Below, piece by piece: positions 48,199 through 57,613 of a stretch of 64,000 bases of DNA. Location of the stretch: contig CAVUKB010000001.1 in assembly GCA_963741955.1 (NCBI GenBank), positions 96,001 to 160,000 of the forward strand, in the 5' to 3' direction. The notes below the pieces were generated by a model, which ran no database searches, was not told the origin of the DNA, and was given only the letters and a program-made list of their open reading frames with translations. Each line of letters opens with the position of its first letter. Position 1 is the stretch's first letter. A program made the position numbers and the translations under genes. The DNA comes from an uncultured Acidobacteriota bacterium. GTDB lineage: Bacteria > Acidobacteriota > Thermoanaerobaculia > Gp7-AA8.

Positions 48199-49706
48199 AA
48201 CGCAGATCGAATGAAGGGATTCAGGATTCAGAGGAAAGAAGGAAGGGGAGATTCGGATCCCTCGCGACGATCTCGATCGCAGCGGCCCTGCTCATTTCGG
48301 TCGCGGCATCGTCGTTCGCACGAACGTCTTCGCGCGAGTCGACCGTCGAATTCGGTCGTTTCGGAACGGTGCACTTGTACGCTCCACCGCATCCGGCCTC
48401 GCGACTGGTGGTCTTCGTCTCCGGTGACGGCGGGTGGAACAAAGGGGTGGTGGACATGGCGCGCGAGCTCTCCACGATGGGCGTGATCGTCGCCGGCGTC
48501 GACATCCGGTCGTATCTTCGGAACCTCGAGAGCGTGCCGGGAACGTGCTCCTATCCGGCCGCCGATTACGAAGGGTTGAGCCAGTTCCTCCAGAAGAGGC
48601 TCGGGTTCGATCGGTACGAGCCGCCGGTTCTGGCCGGCTACTCTTCCGGAGCCACGCTGGTCTACGCGCTGCTCGCCGAGGCACCTCCGAACACGTTCAA
48701 GGGCGCGATGAGTCTCGGGTTCTGTCCGGATCTGCCGTTGAAGAAGCCGTTCTGCCGGGGCAACGGACTCGAATGGAGACCTGGCCCCAAAGGGAAAGGA
48801 GTGATCTTCGAGCCGGCGAAGGATCTCCGGCAGCCGTGGATCGCGTTCGACGGAGAGATCGATCAGGTGTGCGACGCGAAAGCCGCTCGGGCATACGTGG
48901 CGAACGTTCCGGGAGGGGAGATGGTCCTTCTTCCGAAGGTGGGACACGGGTTCTCGGTTCCGCGAAACTGGCTCGGACCGTTCAAGGCGGCCTACGGGAG
49001 AATCGCAGCGGCCCCGATGGAGCGGGATTTTTCGAGACCGTCCGCGTCGACGGTGAAACGCGAGACAGGAGCTGCAGCGGTCGTCGCCGCGCCTGCCGAC
49101 CTTCCCCTGATCGATGTCCCGCCCTCCCGTCCGGGCGCTGCGTGGGTCGCGGTGATTCTCTCCGGTGACGGTGGCTGGGCGGGAATCGACCGCTCGATCG
49201 GGAACTTCCTCGCCGCGAACGGCGTGCCGGTGGTCGGGCTCAATTCTCTCCAGTACTTCTGGCACCGGAAGACGCCCGAGACCGCAGCGCACGATCTCCA
49301 GAGACTCATCGAGTACGCGATGGTGCGTTGGAACGTTCCTGAGGTGGTGCTGATCGGGTATTCACGCGGGGCGGACGTTCTCCCCGCGATGGCGTCGCGT
49401 CTTCCGGAGCAGCTGCGGAGCCGGGTTCGGATGGTCGCGCTCCTCGGTCCGAGCCGGACCACTACGTTCGAGTTTCACCTCTCCGACTGGCTCTCCGACT
49501 CCGAGCGGGGATCTGCGGTCGCGCCGGAGGTGGAGAAGTTGCGGGGGACGAAGATCCTCTGTGTCTACGGTGCGGACGAGAAAGAGAGTCTCTGCAGAGA
49601 TCTTGCACCGGAGATCGCCACGCCGATGGAGATGGGTGGCGGACACCACTTCGACGGCGGCTATGAGGAGATTGCCAGAGCGATCATGAGAGACTCGGAA
49701 CGATGA
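48195..49706 (+). CDS. AcvB/VirJ family hydrolase with tandem domains
   Basis: Two SGDGGW motifs; GYSSG and GYSRG; GGHHF; ATGA overlap with mprF. Confidence 0.88.
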   Translation: MKRRSNEGIQDSEERRKGRFGSLATISIAAALLISVAASSFARTSSRESTVEFGRFGTVHLYAPPHPASRLVVFVSGDGGWNKGVVDMARELSTMGVIVAGVDIRSYLRNLESVPGTCSYPAADYEGLSQFLQKRLGFDRYEPPVLAGYSSGATLVYALLAEAPPNTFKGAMSLGFCPDLPLKKPFCRGNGLEWRPGPKGKGVIFEPAKDLRQPWIAFDGEIDQVCDAKAARAYVANVPGGEMVLLPKVGHGFSVPRNWLGPFKAAYGRIAAAPMERDFSRPSASTVKRETGAAAVVAAPADLPLIDVPPSRPGAAWVAVILSGDGGWAGIDRSIGNFLAANGVPVVGLNSLQYFWHRKTPETAAHDLQRLIEYAMVRWNVPEVVLIGYSRGADVLPAMASRLPEQLRSRVRMVALLGPSRTTTFEFHLSDWLSDSERGSAVAPEVEKLRGTKILCVYGADEKESLCRDLAPEIATPMEMGGGHHFDGGYEEIARAIMRDSER

Positions 49707-50431
49707 GGGAGAGGCAGCTTCCGATTCCGGACCTCGGATTACGGACGTGTCTGGCGGCATTGCTCCTCTTCTCCGCCTGTGCGGGATCAGGAACCGTCGC
49801 TCCGGCTCCGGCTCTCGATTCGCTGTCGGATCTTTCGCTGATCCGTTTCGCGCCGGAAAGCTCCGGGACCATGGCGATCATTCTCACCGGCGACGGCGGC
49901 TGGCGCCGCGTGGACGAGAAGATCGGCAAGCGACTGCGGGAACGGGGAGTCTCGCTCCTGGGGTGGAACATGCCTGCCTATCTCGGGCATCGGCGCACGC
50001 CGCACGAGGTGTCGGACGATCTCGCGCGGATCATGCGGCATTACCTCGAGCGGGGCGTGAGCCGGTTTCTTCTCATCGGCTATTCGCGTGGCGCGGACAC
50101 CCTCCCGTTCATGGCCAGCCGTCTTCCGGCGGATCTTTCCAGTCGTGTCGCCGTGATCGCACTTCTCGCCCCGAGCCACACCGCGGCGCTCGAGTATCAT
50201 TTTTTCGCCCGCCTCTACGGGTCGCGACCGCCGCAGTATCCGGTCCTCCCGGAGATCGAAGCGCTGAAAGGACAGCGGGTGCTCTGCATCGCCGGCGGAC
50301 GCGATCGCGATGCGATCTGCCGCTCCCTTCCGGAGTCGGTCGCGAAGGTCACCATCGTCGACGGATCGCATCACTTCGCAGGCGGGTACTACGCGATTGC
50401 CGATCAGATCCTCGCCGAAGCCTCGCGGTGA
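49703..50431 (+). CDS. Single-domain AcvB/VirJ family hydrolase, probable lipoprotein
   Basis: LFSAC lipobox; TGDGGW, GYSRGAD and GSHHF motifs. Confidence 0.85.
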   Translation: MRERQLPIPDLGLRTCLAALLLFSACAGSGTVAPAPALDSLSDLSLIRFAPESSGTMAIILTGDGGWRRVDEKIGKRLRERGVSLLGWNMPAYLGHRRTPHEVSDDLARIMRHYLERGVSRFLLIGYSRGADTLPFMASRLPADLSSRVAVIALLAPSHTAALEYHFFARLYGSRPPQYPVLPEIEALKGQRVLCIAGGRDRDAICRSLPESVAKVTIVDGSHHFAGGYYAIADQILAEASR

Positions 50432-50442
50432 CGTCGACGCGG

Positions 50443-51705
50443 TCATCCGCGTCCGAGGAGTTTTCGCTTCCCGCTCGACGCGAGCGCTTTGCGTACTCGC
50501 ATCTCGTCCATCCAGTCGGGATGAGGCACGCGCGGGGAAGGGGCGCCGGCGACCATCTCCGGGAGGTGTCTTCGGAGTGCTGCGTCGGCGAGCAGATAGC
50601 CATGGTTTTCGAGAACCGCACATTCTCCTTCCGAAAACGCGTCGAGGTCGGTGCGGATCCTCGCGATGAGCGTCTCGGCGAGATCCTTCGAATATCCGCC
50701 GGGGAGATTTTCGTCGTAGCTGCTGGTCGCGCTCGCGATTCCCCAGTACGTCCCGTTGATGGTCCCGCTGATGAATGAAGAGATCAGCCATCGCTTTCGA
50801 AGTGCGAGCGCCTGCTTCTCGACGATCGCGGTGTAGCGTTTGATCCGCCAGATCAGGTTGCGATCGCCTTCGAACGTGAACGTGGCGCCGCCGTCGGAGA
50901 CGAGGACCGTCCGGTGGTCCTTCCAGACCGGCTCCAGTCCCATGTTGTCGTAGTTCCCGCCGTCGGTGAGCCGCAGATCGCGGATGCAGTCGTCGCGCTC
51001 CGGGCCAGGCGGCTGATCGCCTCCACTGAAGAGAGAAGGGGCGACCCGGACCGGCATCGGATTGAAAACCGGTGGGAAGCACGACGACGCCGCCACGGCG
51101 CGTCCGACCGACCAATCCTCGGGGGGAGGCGTGACGTAGCCGCTCTTGTAGTCGCCCATCCGGCGTTTCTCGAAGATCCAGTTCACTCCGAACGCCATGT
51201 CCGTTGCGCAGAAGACGAAATTCGGCTGGTCCGGAAGCTCCCACGGGGTCAGAGGGGTCAGGTCTTTCTTGTACTTATCGGCGAGATGGAAGACTGCACT
51301 GTGACTTCGAAACCAGTTCCACGGCGCAAGCCGGGAGAGGATCGGACCGGTGCGGATGTCGTGAGCGACGAACCGGCGGAACGGCTGCGCGACGCGCTCA
51401 TCCCAGTCTGCGACCGGCTCGAGCAGCGGCCAGCCGATCCGGGTGGCGAGATGAGCCGAGAGGATGGAGCCGCCCGACACGGCGGAGACGGTCCGGATCC
51501 GGGCGAGCACTCCCGATTCGTTCAGACGGCGGAGCGCGCCGAGGTGAAATAGCGCGGCGCGAAAACCACCGCCGGAGAGGCAGAGGCCGATGCCGATCCG
51601 CTTCGATCCCGGTTCCGGCTCGTACTCCGCGAGCGCGTGCGGAGTCGCACCCGTGCGTGCGGAAACGCTCCCCGTTCGGACCGGCTCGCTCGTGATCGTG
51701 GTCAC
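50443..51705 (-). CDS. Patatin-like phospholipase
   Basis: LSGGGFRA, AVSGGS and DGG motifs; start uncertain. Confidence 0.85.
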   Translation of the reverse strand: MTTITSEPVRTGSVSARTGATPHALAEYEPEPGSKRIGIGLCLSGGGFRAALFHLGALRRLNESGVLARIRTVSAVSGGSILSAHLATRIGWPLLEPVADWDERVAQPFRRFVAHDIRTGPILSRLAPWNWFRSHSAVFHLADKYKKDLTPLTPWELPDQPNFVFCATDMAFGVNWIFEKRRMGDYKSGYVTPPPEDWSVGRAVAASSCFPPVFNPMPVRVAPSLFSGGDQPPGPERDDCIRDLRLTDGGNYDNMGLEPVWKDHRTVLVSDGGATFTFEGDRNLIWRIKRYTAIVEKQALALRKRWLISSFISGTINGTYWGIASATSSYDENLPGGYSKDLAETLIARIRTDLDAFSEGECAVLENHGYLLADAALRRHLPEMVAGAPSPRVPHPDWMDEMRVRKALASSGKRKLLGRG

Positions 51706-51706
51706 G

Positions 51707-52038
51707 CTATTTCCGCCCCACGGGAACGCTGCTGTTGAACATGTCCGCCATCGCCTCCCACCTTTCGCTCTGGAACTGCCAGACCACGAGGTACTTGCCC
51801 TGATCGGCGACGGCGGGTTGCTCGCCCGGCGCGAGAACGGTGATCTCGTAGCGGCCGATCTCGTACGCGAGATCTCCCGACTGTTCGACCGACTCGGTGA
51901 CCAGCCGGATGTGAGTGGTCGCGGGAGCGCTGAACGTCTCGCGGAAGCGATCGCCGGTTGAGCGGAGCCGTTCCTCGCTCCGCCGGATGCGCAAGCGGCC
52001 GTGACGACGCACGCGATGATCGGGAGCCACTTCTTCAT
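51707..52038 (-). pseudogene. DUF4440/SnoaL-like lipoprotein with internal deletion and frameshift
   Basis: AAGGAGG plus signal MKKWL..TAAC in one frame; SGDLAYEIGRY..GKYLVVW..W in another. Confidence 0.7.
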
Positions 52039-52500
52039 GGCATCCTCCTTCGTGGTGAAAGGTCGATCACTCATTGTAGATGAGGCGCGGCGAAGATGGG
52101 AGCGATTGCGGCAGAGACGGCGTGTCTGTTCGGGGCGCGGATCGCGCTCGGCGGTATGCGCACTGCACGGTACCGTGTCACCATGGGGTGCGGATCCCGC
52201 TCGGCGGGATCCGCCGCGAGAATCGTGTTGTACGCGATGAAGACAGAGACTGAGGGTTTCGCGAAGCGTCGGTCGTTCTTGCGCCCCCGCTTCGCTTCTG
52301 CCACATGGCGAGGGGCGGCACCGCTCGGCGTCCGAAAGGCGCATGTGCCTGGGGTGCAGGTTTCGCGAAGCGTCGGTGACGCTGGCGTCAAACTCCGCTT
52401 CAGCCAACGACGCGGGTGATGCTGCCGTCGCGCATGCGCCGTGATCCGCGCGGCGGATTGCGAATCCGCACTCCAATCGCACCCCGCAATCCACGCCACG

Positions 52501-53943
52501 CTACGGCCGCGAATACTCGTCGATCACGTTCTCGATTGCCCGGCTGCAGACGCGACAGAAACCCACCGGATCGCGGGTGAACATGATGCAATCGGCCTCG
52601 GGGCGATACATCCCTTTCGCTTCGTAATCCGCACCTTCGAATGCGCCGACGCGACCGGAGAACTGCATCGTCGAGAGGAGCTTCGTCTCGATCTCCATCT
52701 GCCGGCGGAACAACGCGTCGATCTCCGACTCGGGCGCTCCGGCTTTCCTCAGCTCGCGCCGTTTCGCCTGGTACTCCTGCTCGACCGCCTCGAACTTCGC
52801 TTTCTCCCACGGCGTCGGCAGCGGCGTTCCCGGCGTGACGAGATCTTTCCATTTGAGGTTCGCAGGATCGTGCATCGCGGTGACGTTCGGCTCCCACGGT
52901 TCGGGATGCTGCTCCGTGCCGGTCTCGTACGCCACGTCCGACGTGTAGTACTCGTCGGCGAGCCCCGCGAAGTGATGTCCGAATTCGTGGACGAAGACGT
53001 ACGGGGAGAATGCACTGTCGACCGAAGCGGTCGCCTGGAAGTTGAAGATCCCGCCGCCTCCGTACTGTTTGTCGTTGACCAGAATCTCGAGAAACTCGTA
53101 CGGAGCCGCAGACGCGACGTCACGGAGATAACGGTTGTGGCGGGTGAGTACGTATCGTTCGGAGTCGAACGTGTTGTACGTCGCTCCGAGCTCATCCCGG
53201 CGGAAATCTCCCGCCCGCGGACGATTCACGCCGCTCTCCGCGGTGGGGAGATCGATCGCACGGACGTTGAAGTCGCTCTTTCTCCTCTTGAACGGCTCGG
53301 TATCGAACATCACCGCGACCAGACGTTTCACATCCGAGTGGAACTTTGCCGCCTCCGCCGCGGTGTAGCCGTCTCCGATGATCAGAAGATCGACCTTCTC
53401 CGTCGACGGACCATTCTCGAAGACGGTCCAGACCTTTCCGATCGGAGCGAGATCCTTCGGATTCACGAAACGGGAAGCGGGATCGATGACGGTGGACCAG
53501 ATCTCGTGGAACGCGTTCAGCTCGTCCCTCTTTTCGAGCACCACCTGGACGGGATTGTTCGGCCACGGAAAGCGGAGCGATTCGTGAAACGTCTGGTAGG
53601 AGCTCTTCGCGTCCGGTGTGGTCTCCCATTCTCCGTACATCGACGCGAAGCCGCGGGTATAGAGGACGGCATTGGTCGCGCGGTCGATGACACGGAACTC
53701 GTACTTGCCGAGGTTGAGACTCTCGACCAGGCGGGTGTGGCTCCCGCCCCACGGACCGTCGGAGACGACCTGGTCGAGCGCGACGATCTCCTTCCCCATG
53801 CCGCCGGTGTGAAAATAGTCGACGCGCATGGTCTTGTCGCTGAACCAGTGGTGGAAGCCCGGTTCTGCGGCGCAGAGGATCGAGGGAGTGAGGACGGCGA
53901 AGAGTGCGAAGACGAACAGGAGCGGCTGCTGACGGTCGCGCAT
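52501..53943 (-). CDS. M64 family (IgA peptidase-like) metallopeptidase
   Basis: KTMRVDYFHTG, IGDGYT and HEFGHHFAGLADEY motifs; C-terminal C..CxxC. Confidence 0.88.
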   Translation of the reverse strand: MRDRQQPLLFVFALFAVLTPSILCAAEPGFHHWFSDKTMRVDYFHTGGMGKEIVALDQVVSDGPWGGSHTRLVESLNLGKYEFRVIDRATNAVLYTRGFASMYGEWETTPDAKSSYQTFHESLRFPWPNNPVQVVLEKRDELNAFHEIWSTVIDPASRFVNPKDLAPIGKVWTVFENGPSTEKVDLLIIGDGYTAAEAAKFHSDVKRLVAVMFDTEPFKRRKSDFNVRAIDLPTAESGVNRPRAGDFRRDELGATYNTFDSERYVLTRHNRYLRDVASAAPYEFLEILVNDKQYGGGGIFNFQATASVDSAFSPYVFVHEFGHHFAGLADEYYTSDVAYETGTEQHPEPWEPNVTAMHDPANLKWKDLVTPGTPLPTPWEKAKFEAVEQEYQAKRRELRKAGAPESEIDALFRRQMEIETKLLSTMQFSGRVGAFEGADYEAKGMYRPEADCIMFTRDPVGFCRVCSRAIENVIDEYSRP

Positions 53944-54023
53944 CGGGAATTCTCCGTTTCGTGACATGCGGCGTTAGGATCGATCGTGATTCCGGACCGA
54001 TCGTTGTGGAGCAAGGATATCTC

Positions 54024-55112
54024 ATGGCAGGACCGCACAGGCGAACGACACGTCACGGCATGAGAGGGGCCGCACTTTTCCCGGCGGTGCTCGTGCTTCT
54101 GATGGCGACTGCGGCACTCGCGCAGCAGCCGGAGATCCGGGCCCAGGAAGAGATCACCGTCGAGCGACTGGTGATCGACGCGCGGATCATCGACAGTCAT
54201 GGCAATCCGATCGAGGGGCTGACGCGGAAAGATGTCCGCGTACGTGTCGACGGCCGTCCCGCGGAGGTGGAAGCGGTGGAGTGGGTCTCCGAAGACAAGC
54301 CTCTCGACACGGGGGCGGGCGCCGAGCCGGAGAAGGAAGAGATCCACGGAGTGCCGATACCGCGCGGAAGACTTCTGGTGTTCTTCTTCCAGACCGACTT
54401 CCAGCGGCAGCGGGTGAAGGGAGAGATGCGGATTCTTTCCTATGCGAAAAATCTGCTCGGCACGCTCGGTCCGGAGGATCGCGTCGCGGTCGTGTCGTTC
54501 GACTCGCATCTGAAGCTTCGACAGGACTTCACCAGCGATCACCGGAAGATCGAGACGGCGATCGACGAGGCGCTCCGCATCGACGAGCCGCCTCCGCCGC
54601 CTCTCGTTCCGTCGCCTGCGCTTTTCACCCGCATCGACCGCGACGCGGCGCGGAAGGCGGCGCAACCGGAGACCGCGCTGCTCCTGATCGGAAATGCGCT
54701 GATCCCCATACCGGGGCCGAAGTCGCTCCTCCTGTTCGGCTGGGGACTCGGGCATCTGATGGGGCGGAACGGCGTGGTGATGGACAAGGACTATTTTCCG
54801 GCCAAGCTCGCGCTCGAGCAGGCACGTACGGCGGTGTTCGCTCTCGACATCAGTGATGCCGACTACCACTCGCTGGAGGTCGGTCTGGGAAAAGTCGCTG
54901 CGGACACCGGGGGGTTCTACGCGAAGACGCACATCTTTCCGCAGATCGCGATGGAGCGGATGGAACGGGTGCTCGCCGGGCACTATGAAGTGGTGATCAA
55001 GGTCCCGCCCGGTCCCCGAGGTCTTCACAAGGTCGAGCTCGAAGTGCCGCATCGCCGCGATGCGGAGGTACTCGCCCGGAGCATGTTCGACGACGCGCTG
55101 CGGCAGAAATAG
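54024..55112 (+). CDS. VWFA-related acidobacterial-type domain protein
   Basis: Signal peptide; D..GNPIEGLT, DRVAVVSFD..QDFTSD and A..TGG motifs. Confidence 0.78.
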   Translation: MAGPHRRTTRHGMRGAALFPAVLVLLMATAALAQQPEIRAQEEITVERLVIDARIIDSHGNPIEGLTRKDVRVRVDGRPAEVEAVEWVSEDKPLDTGAGAEPEKEEIHGVPIPRGRLLVFFFQTDFQRQRVKGEMRILSYAKNLLGTLGPEDRVAVVSFDSHLKLRQDFTSDHRKIETAIDEALRIDEPPPPPLVPSPALFTRIDRDAARKAAQPETALLLIGNALIPIPGPKSLLLFGWGLGHLMGRNGVVMDKDYFPAKLALEQARTAVFALDISDADYHSLEVGLGKVAADTGGFYAKTHIFPQIAMERMERVLAGHYEVVIKVPPGPRGLHKVELEVPHRRDAEVLARSMFDDALRQK

Positions 55113-55192
55113 CGGCTGCCGGGCAAGCTGGCACATCGCTTCCATCAGCATTGCCGGATGCGCCCGCCGGAACGGTCGGGCCGGATACGAAC

Positions 55193-55768
55193 GTGAAGCC
55201 GCGCCGCCTCATCGCCGTCGTTCTCGCTCTCTGCGGAATCGCGCAGTTCGGAGCGAGCGCCGCCGCTGCTGCGCCGTCACCCGCTCGCGAGCGCGTGCTC
55301 GGAAGAGAGCTCGAGGTGGTCTACGCCGGCGATCGCGCGGTGGAGGTGGTGATCAAGTACCCGCTTCTCAGCGCGGGAGGAGACGTGACCGGACGTCTTT
55401 ACCTCTCCGATTTCGTGACCAACGCTCCGGTCGAGGACGCGCGCGTGTTCCTCTCCATTCCGACCCGCGGTCTGGTCTTTCCGGCCCGGCGCACCGGTAC
55501 GCCGGGGGTCTACGCCATCCCGCTCGCGTTTCCTTCCAACGGCAGCTACGACGGCATTCTCACCATCAGCGCGCCGCACATCGGAAGCCGGCAGATTCCG
55601 GTCGCGGGTCTGGTGGTCGGTCCGGAGGGGAGCGGTACGGTGCGATCCCGGAACGTGGCGCTGATTCTTCTCGTGTCGACGCTGGCGCTGGTGGGTATCG
55701 GGGCGTGGCTCTATCTGAAAAGGGAGGATTCGATGAGAGGCACGCCGGAGAGTGGGGAACAGCGATGA
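55193..55768 (+). CDS. Secreted/membrane-anchored hypothetical protein
   Basis: Signal peptide; LYLSDFVTNAPV; C-terminal TM; coupled to the next gene. Confidence 0.6.
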   Translation: MKPRRLIAVVLALCGIAQFGASAAAAAPSPARERVLGRELEVVYAGDRAVEVVIKYPLLSAGGDVTGRLYLSDFVTNAPVEDARVFLSIPTRGLVFPARRTGTPGVYAIPLAFPSNGSYDGILTISAPHIGSRQIPVAGLVVGPEGSGTVRSRNVALILLVSTLALVGIGAWLYLKREDSMRGTPESGEQR

Positions 55769-56889
55769 AGACGACCGTGATCTCGTTCGCAATGCTGTTC
55801 GCGATCTCCGCAGCGCTCGGGGCCGATGTCTCGCCCGTCGCGCCGCGTGCACTGCGGGTGGTGAAGGAGGCCCAGTTCCGATTCGGAATCAGGACTGTGG
55901 TGCTCCGTCCGCAGCCGATCTCCCGTGACAGTGAAGCGAAGGGAAGCCTGACCCGCGCTCCGGACGCGGTCGCCGAGCTGCGCTCTCCGGATCCGGGGCG
56001 CCTCGTGCTGTCGCGTAACACGATCGCGAAGAAGGGGACACGCGTGGTGAGAGGTGAAGTGCTCGCAATGGTCGAAGTTCCCGTGACGGCGGGGGAGCAG
56101 GCGGTCTTCCAGCTTCTCCGCGACGACGCGGCGGTCGAGTTGCAGAAGCAGGAGCACGAGACGGCGCGTGCGCGGAGAGAGGTGCGCCGGCTGGAGAAGC
56201 TCTCGGACGTCGTTCCCGCGAAGGAGATCGAGGCCGCGCGTGCGGAGCTTCGGTCCGCGGAAGAAGACGAGTCTCGAAGCAGAAAGCGGATCTCTGCGAT
56301 CGACGCCGCACTCGCGGGCAAAGGTCTCGCCGGACCGCGCCGCATCGTTGCTCCCTTCGACGGAGTGGTGCTCGATTCGAGCGCGGGGCAGAACCAGTTC
56401 GTGGAGAGGGGAGACACTCTGTTCCGGCTGCTCGATCCGACCCGGCTGTGGGTTCGCGTTCATGCCGATCCCGCAATCGCCGCGCAGATCGGTCACTCCG
56501 CGAGAATCGTCTTCCGCACGCCGGAGTACTCTCAGAACCTCTTTCCCGCGAAGCTGGTGGCGAACGGGAACGCCGGAGACGGCACGATGTATCTCGCGGT
56601 CAACAATCCCGGAGGGCGTCTCCGCGAAGGAATGGACGGAACGGTGGAGATCAACACCGAGAGCAGCCGAACCGGTCTGCTCATTCCTCCCGATGCACGT
56701 ACCACGCTGGAGGGAGAGGACGTGGTGTTCGTGCACACCGCGCCGGAAGCGTTCCAGTTGCGGCCGGTACGTCTCGGTACGCCGCTCTCGGACGGATTGA
56801 TTCCGGTCGAGGCGGGGCTGCAGGCCGGAGATCGCATCGTGATTCAGGGAGTCGATTCCCTCGTCTCGGTGATGCGCGGCGGTTTCTGA
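55765..56889 (+). CDS. RND efflux periplasmic adaptor (MFP)
   Basis: Lipoyl half-motifs, coiled hairpin, APFDGVV and GLQAGDRIVIQG. Confidence 0.85.
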   Translation: MKTTVISFAMLFAISAALGADVSPVAPRALRVVKEAQFRFGIRTVVLRPQPISRDSEAKGSLTRAPDAVAELRSPDPGRLVLSRNTIAKKGTRVVRGEVLAMVEVPVTAGEQAVFQLLRDDAAVELQKQEHETARARREVRRLEKLSDVVPAKEIEAARAELRSAEEDESRSRKRISAIDAALAGKGLAGPRRIVAPFDGVVLDSSAGQNQFVERGDTLFRLLDPTRLWVRVHADPAIAAQIGHSARIVFRTPEYSQNLFPAKLVANGNAGDGTMYLAVNNPGGRLREGMDGTVEINTESSRTGLLIPPDARTTLEGEDVVFVHTAPEAFQLRPVRLGTPLSDGLIPVEAGLQAGDRIVIQGVDSLVSVMRGGF

Positions 56890-57231
56890 GCAGCGCCGGG
56901 ACTCTGCGATCTCTCTCCCTGCATATCGATCGAATCAGCGGTTCGTGATCTGCCTCGCGATATTTCTTTTCGCATTCGATGCGAAAGTCGGGATTCGAAA
57001 TCACGCCGCAGGGTCACGTCTTCGATGCGCTCCCGAGCATCATTTCGGCATCATTTTCGTCTCCCGATTCGCTCATTTCTCAAGCCTCGGCCCTCACTCC
57101 GAAATCGTCTCCTGGGGGACTGACGTTAATTCTGGTTAAAAATCCTGTCGACAATTAGTGTCCTTTTGATTTATAAATAAAAGCGCAGCGGTCGGTGAAC
57201 GATAAACATTTTTGAATCGAAAGGAGACAAG

Positions 57232-57474
57232 ATGGCAACGAAGGCAAAGAAAGCAGCAAAGAGACCCGCGAAGAAGGCAGCGAAGAAGCCTGCCGCCAAG
57301 AAGGCCGCGAAGAAGACTGCACGGAAGCCAGCTGCGAAGAAGGCTGCGAAGCGCCCTGCCAAGAAGGCCGCGAAGAAGACCGCGCGGAAGCCAGCTGCAA
57401 AGAAGGCTGCAAAGCGCCCCGCAAAGAAGTCCGCTGCGAAACGATCCTCGAAGAAGACCGCTGCCAAGAAGTAA
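57232..57474 (+). CDS. Histone H1-like Lys/Ala-rich protein (80 aa)
   Basis: AAAGGAG RBS; repeated KKAAKRPAKKAAKK; AT-rich promoter region; terminator follows. Confidence 0.85.
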   Translation: MATKAKKAAKRPAKKAAKKPAAKKAAKKTARKPAAKKAAKRPAKKAAKKTARKPAAKKAAKRPAKKSAAKRSSKKTAAKK

Positions 57475-57498
57475 CGCTGCAATCATTTCTGGGGAAGG

Positions 57499-57531
57499 GC
57501 CGCCGCTGGAAACAGCGGCGGCAGTTTTTTT
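57499..57531 (+). terminator. Intrinsic terminator
   Basis: GCCGCCGCTG-GAAA-CAGCGGCGGC followed by AG and T7. Confidence 0.85.
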
Positions 57532-57613
57532 GGGGCCTCCCTTCTCCCATCGCGACATCCCGCGCTCGGAAGTCGCGAATTCCGAAAAGAGGAATGGGTG
57601 CTACTCTTTCGGC

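Noticed and set aside
50443-51705. CBASS CapV-type defence effector
   Set aside because: No CD-NTase or other defence genes adjacent
57171-57482. Hydrophobic Phe/Ala ORF on the minus strand
   Set aside because: Antisense shadow of the Lys/Ala-rich gene, which has the RBS and terminator
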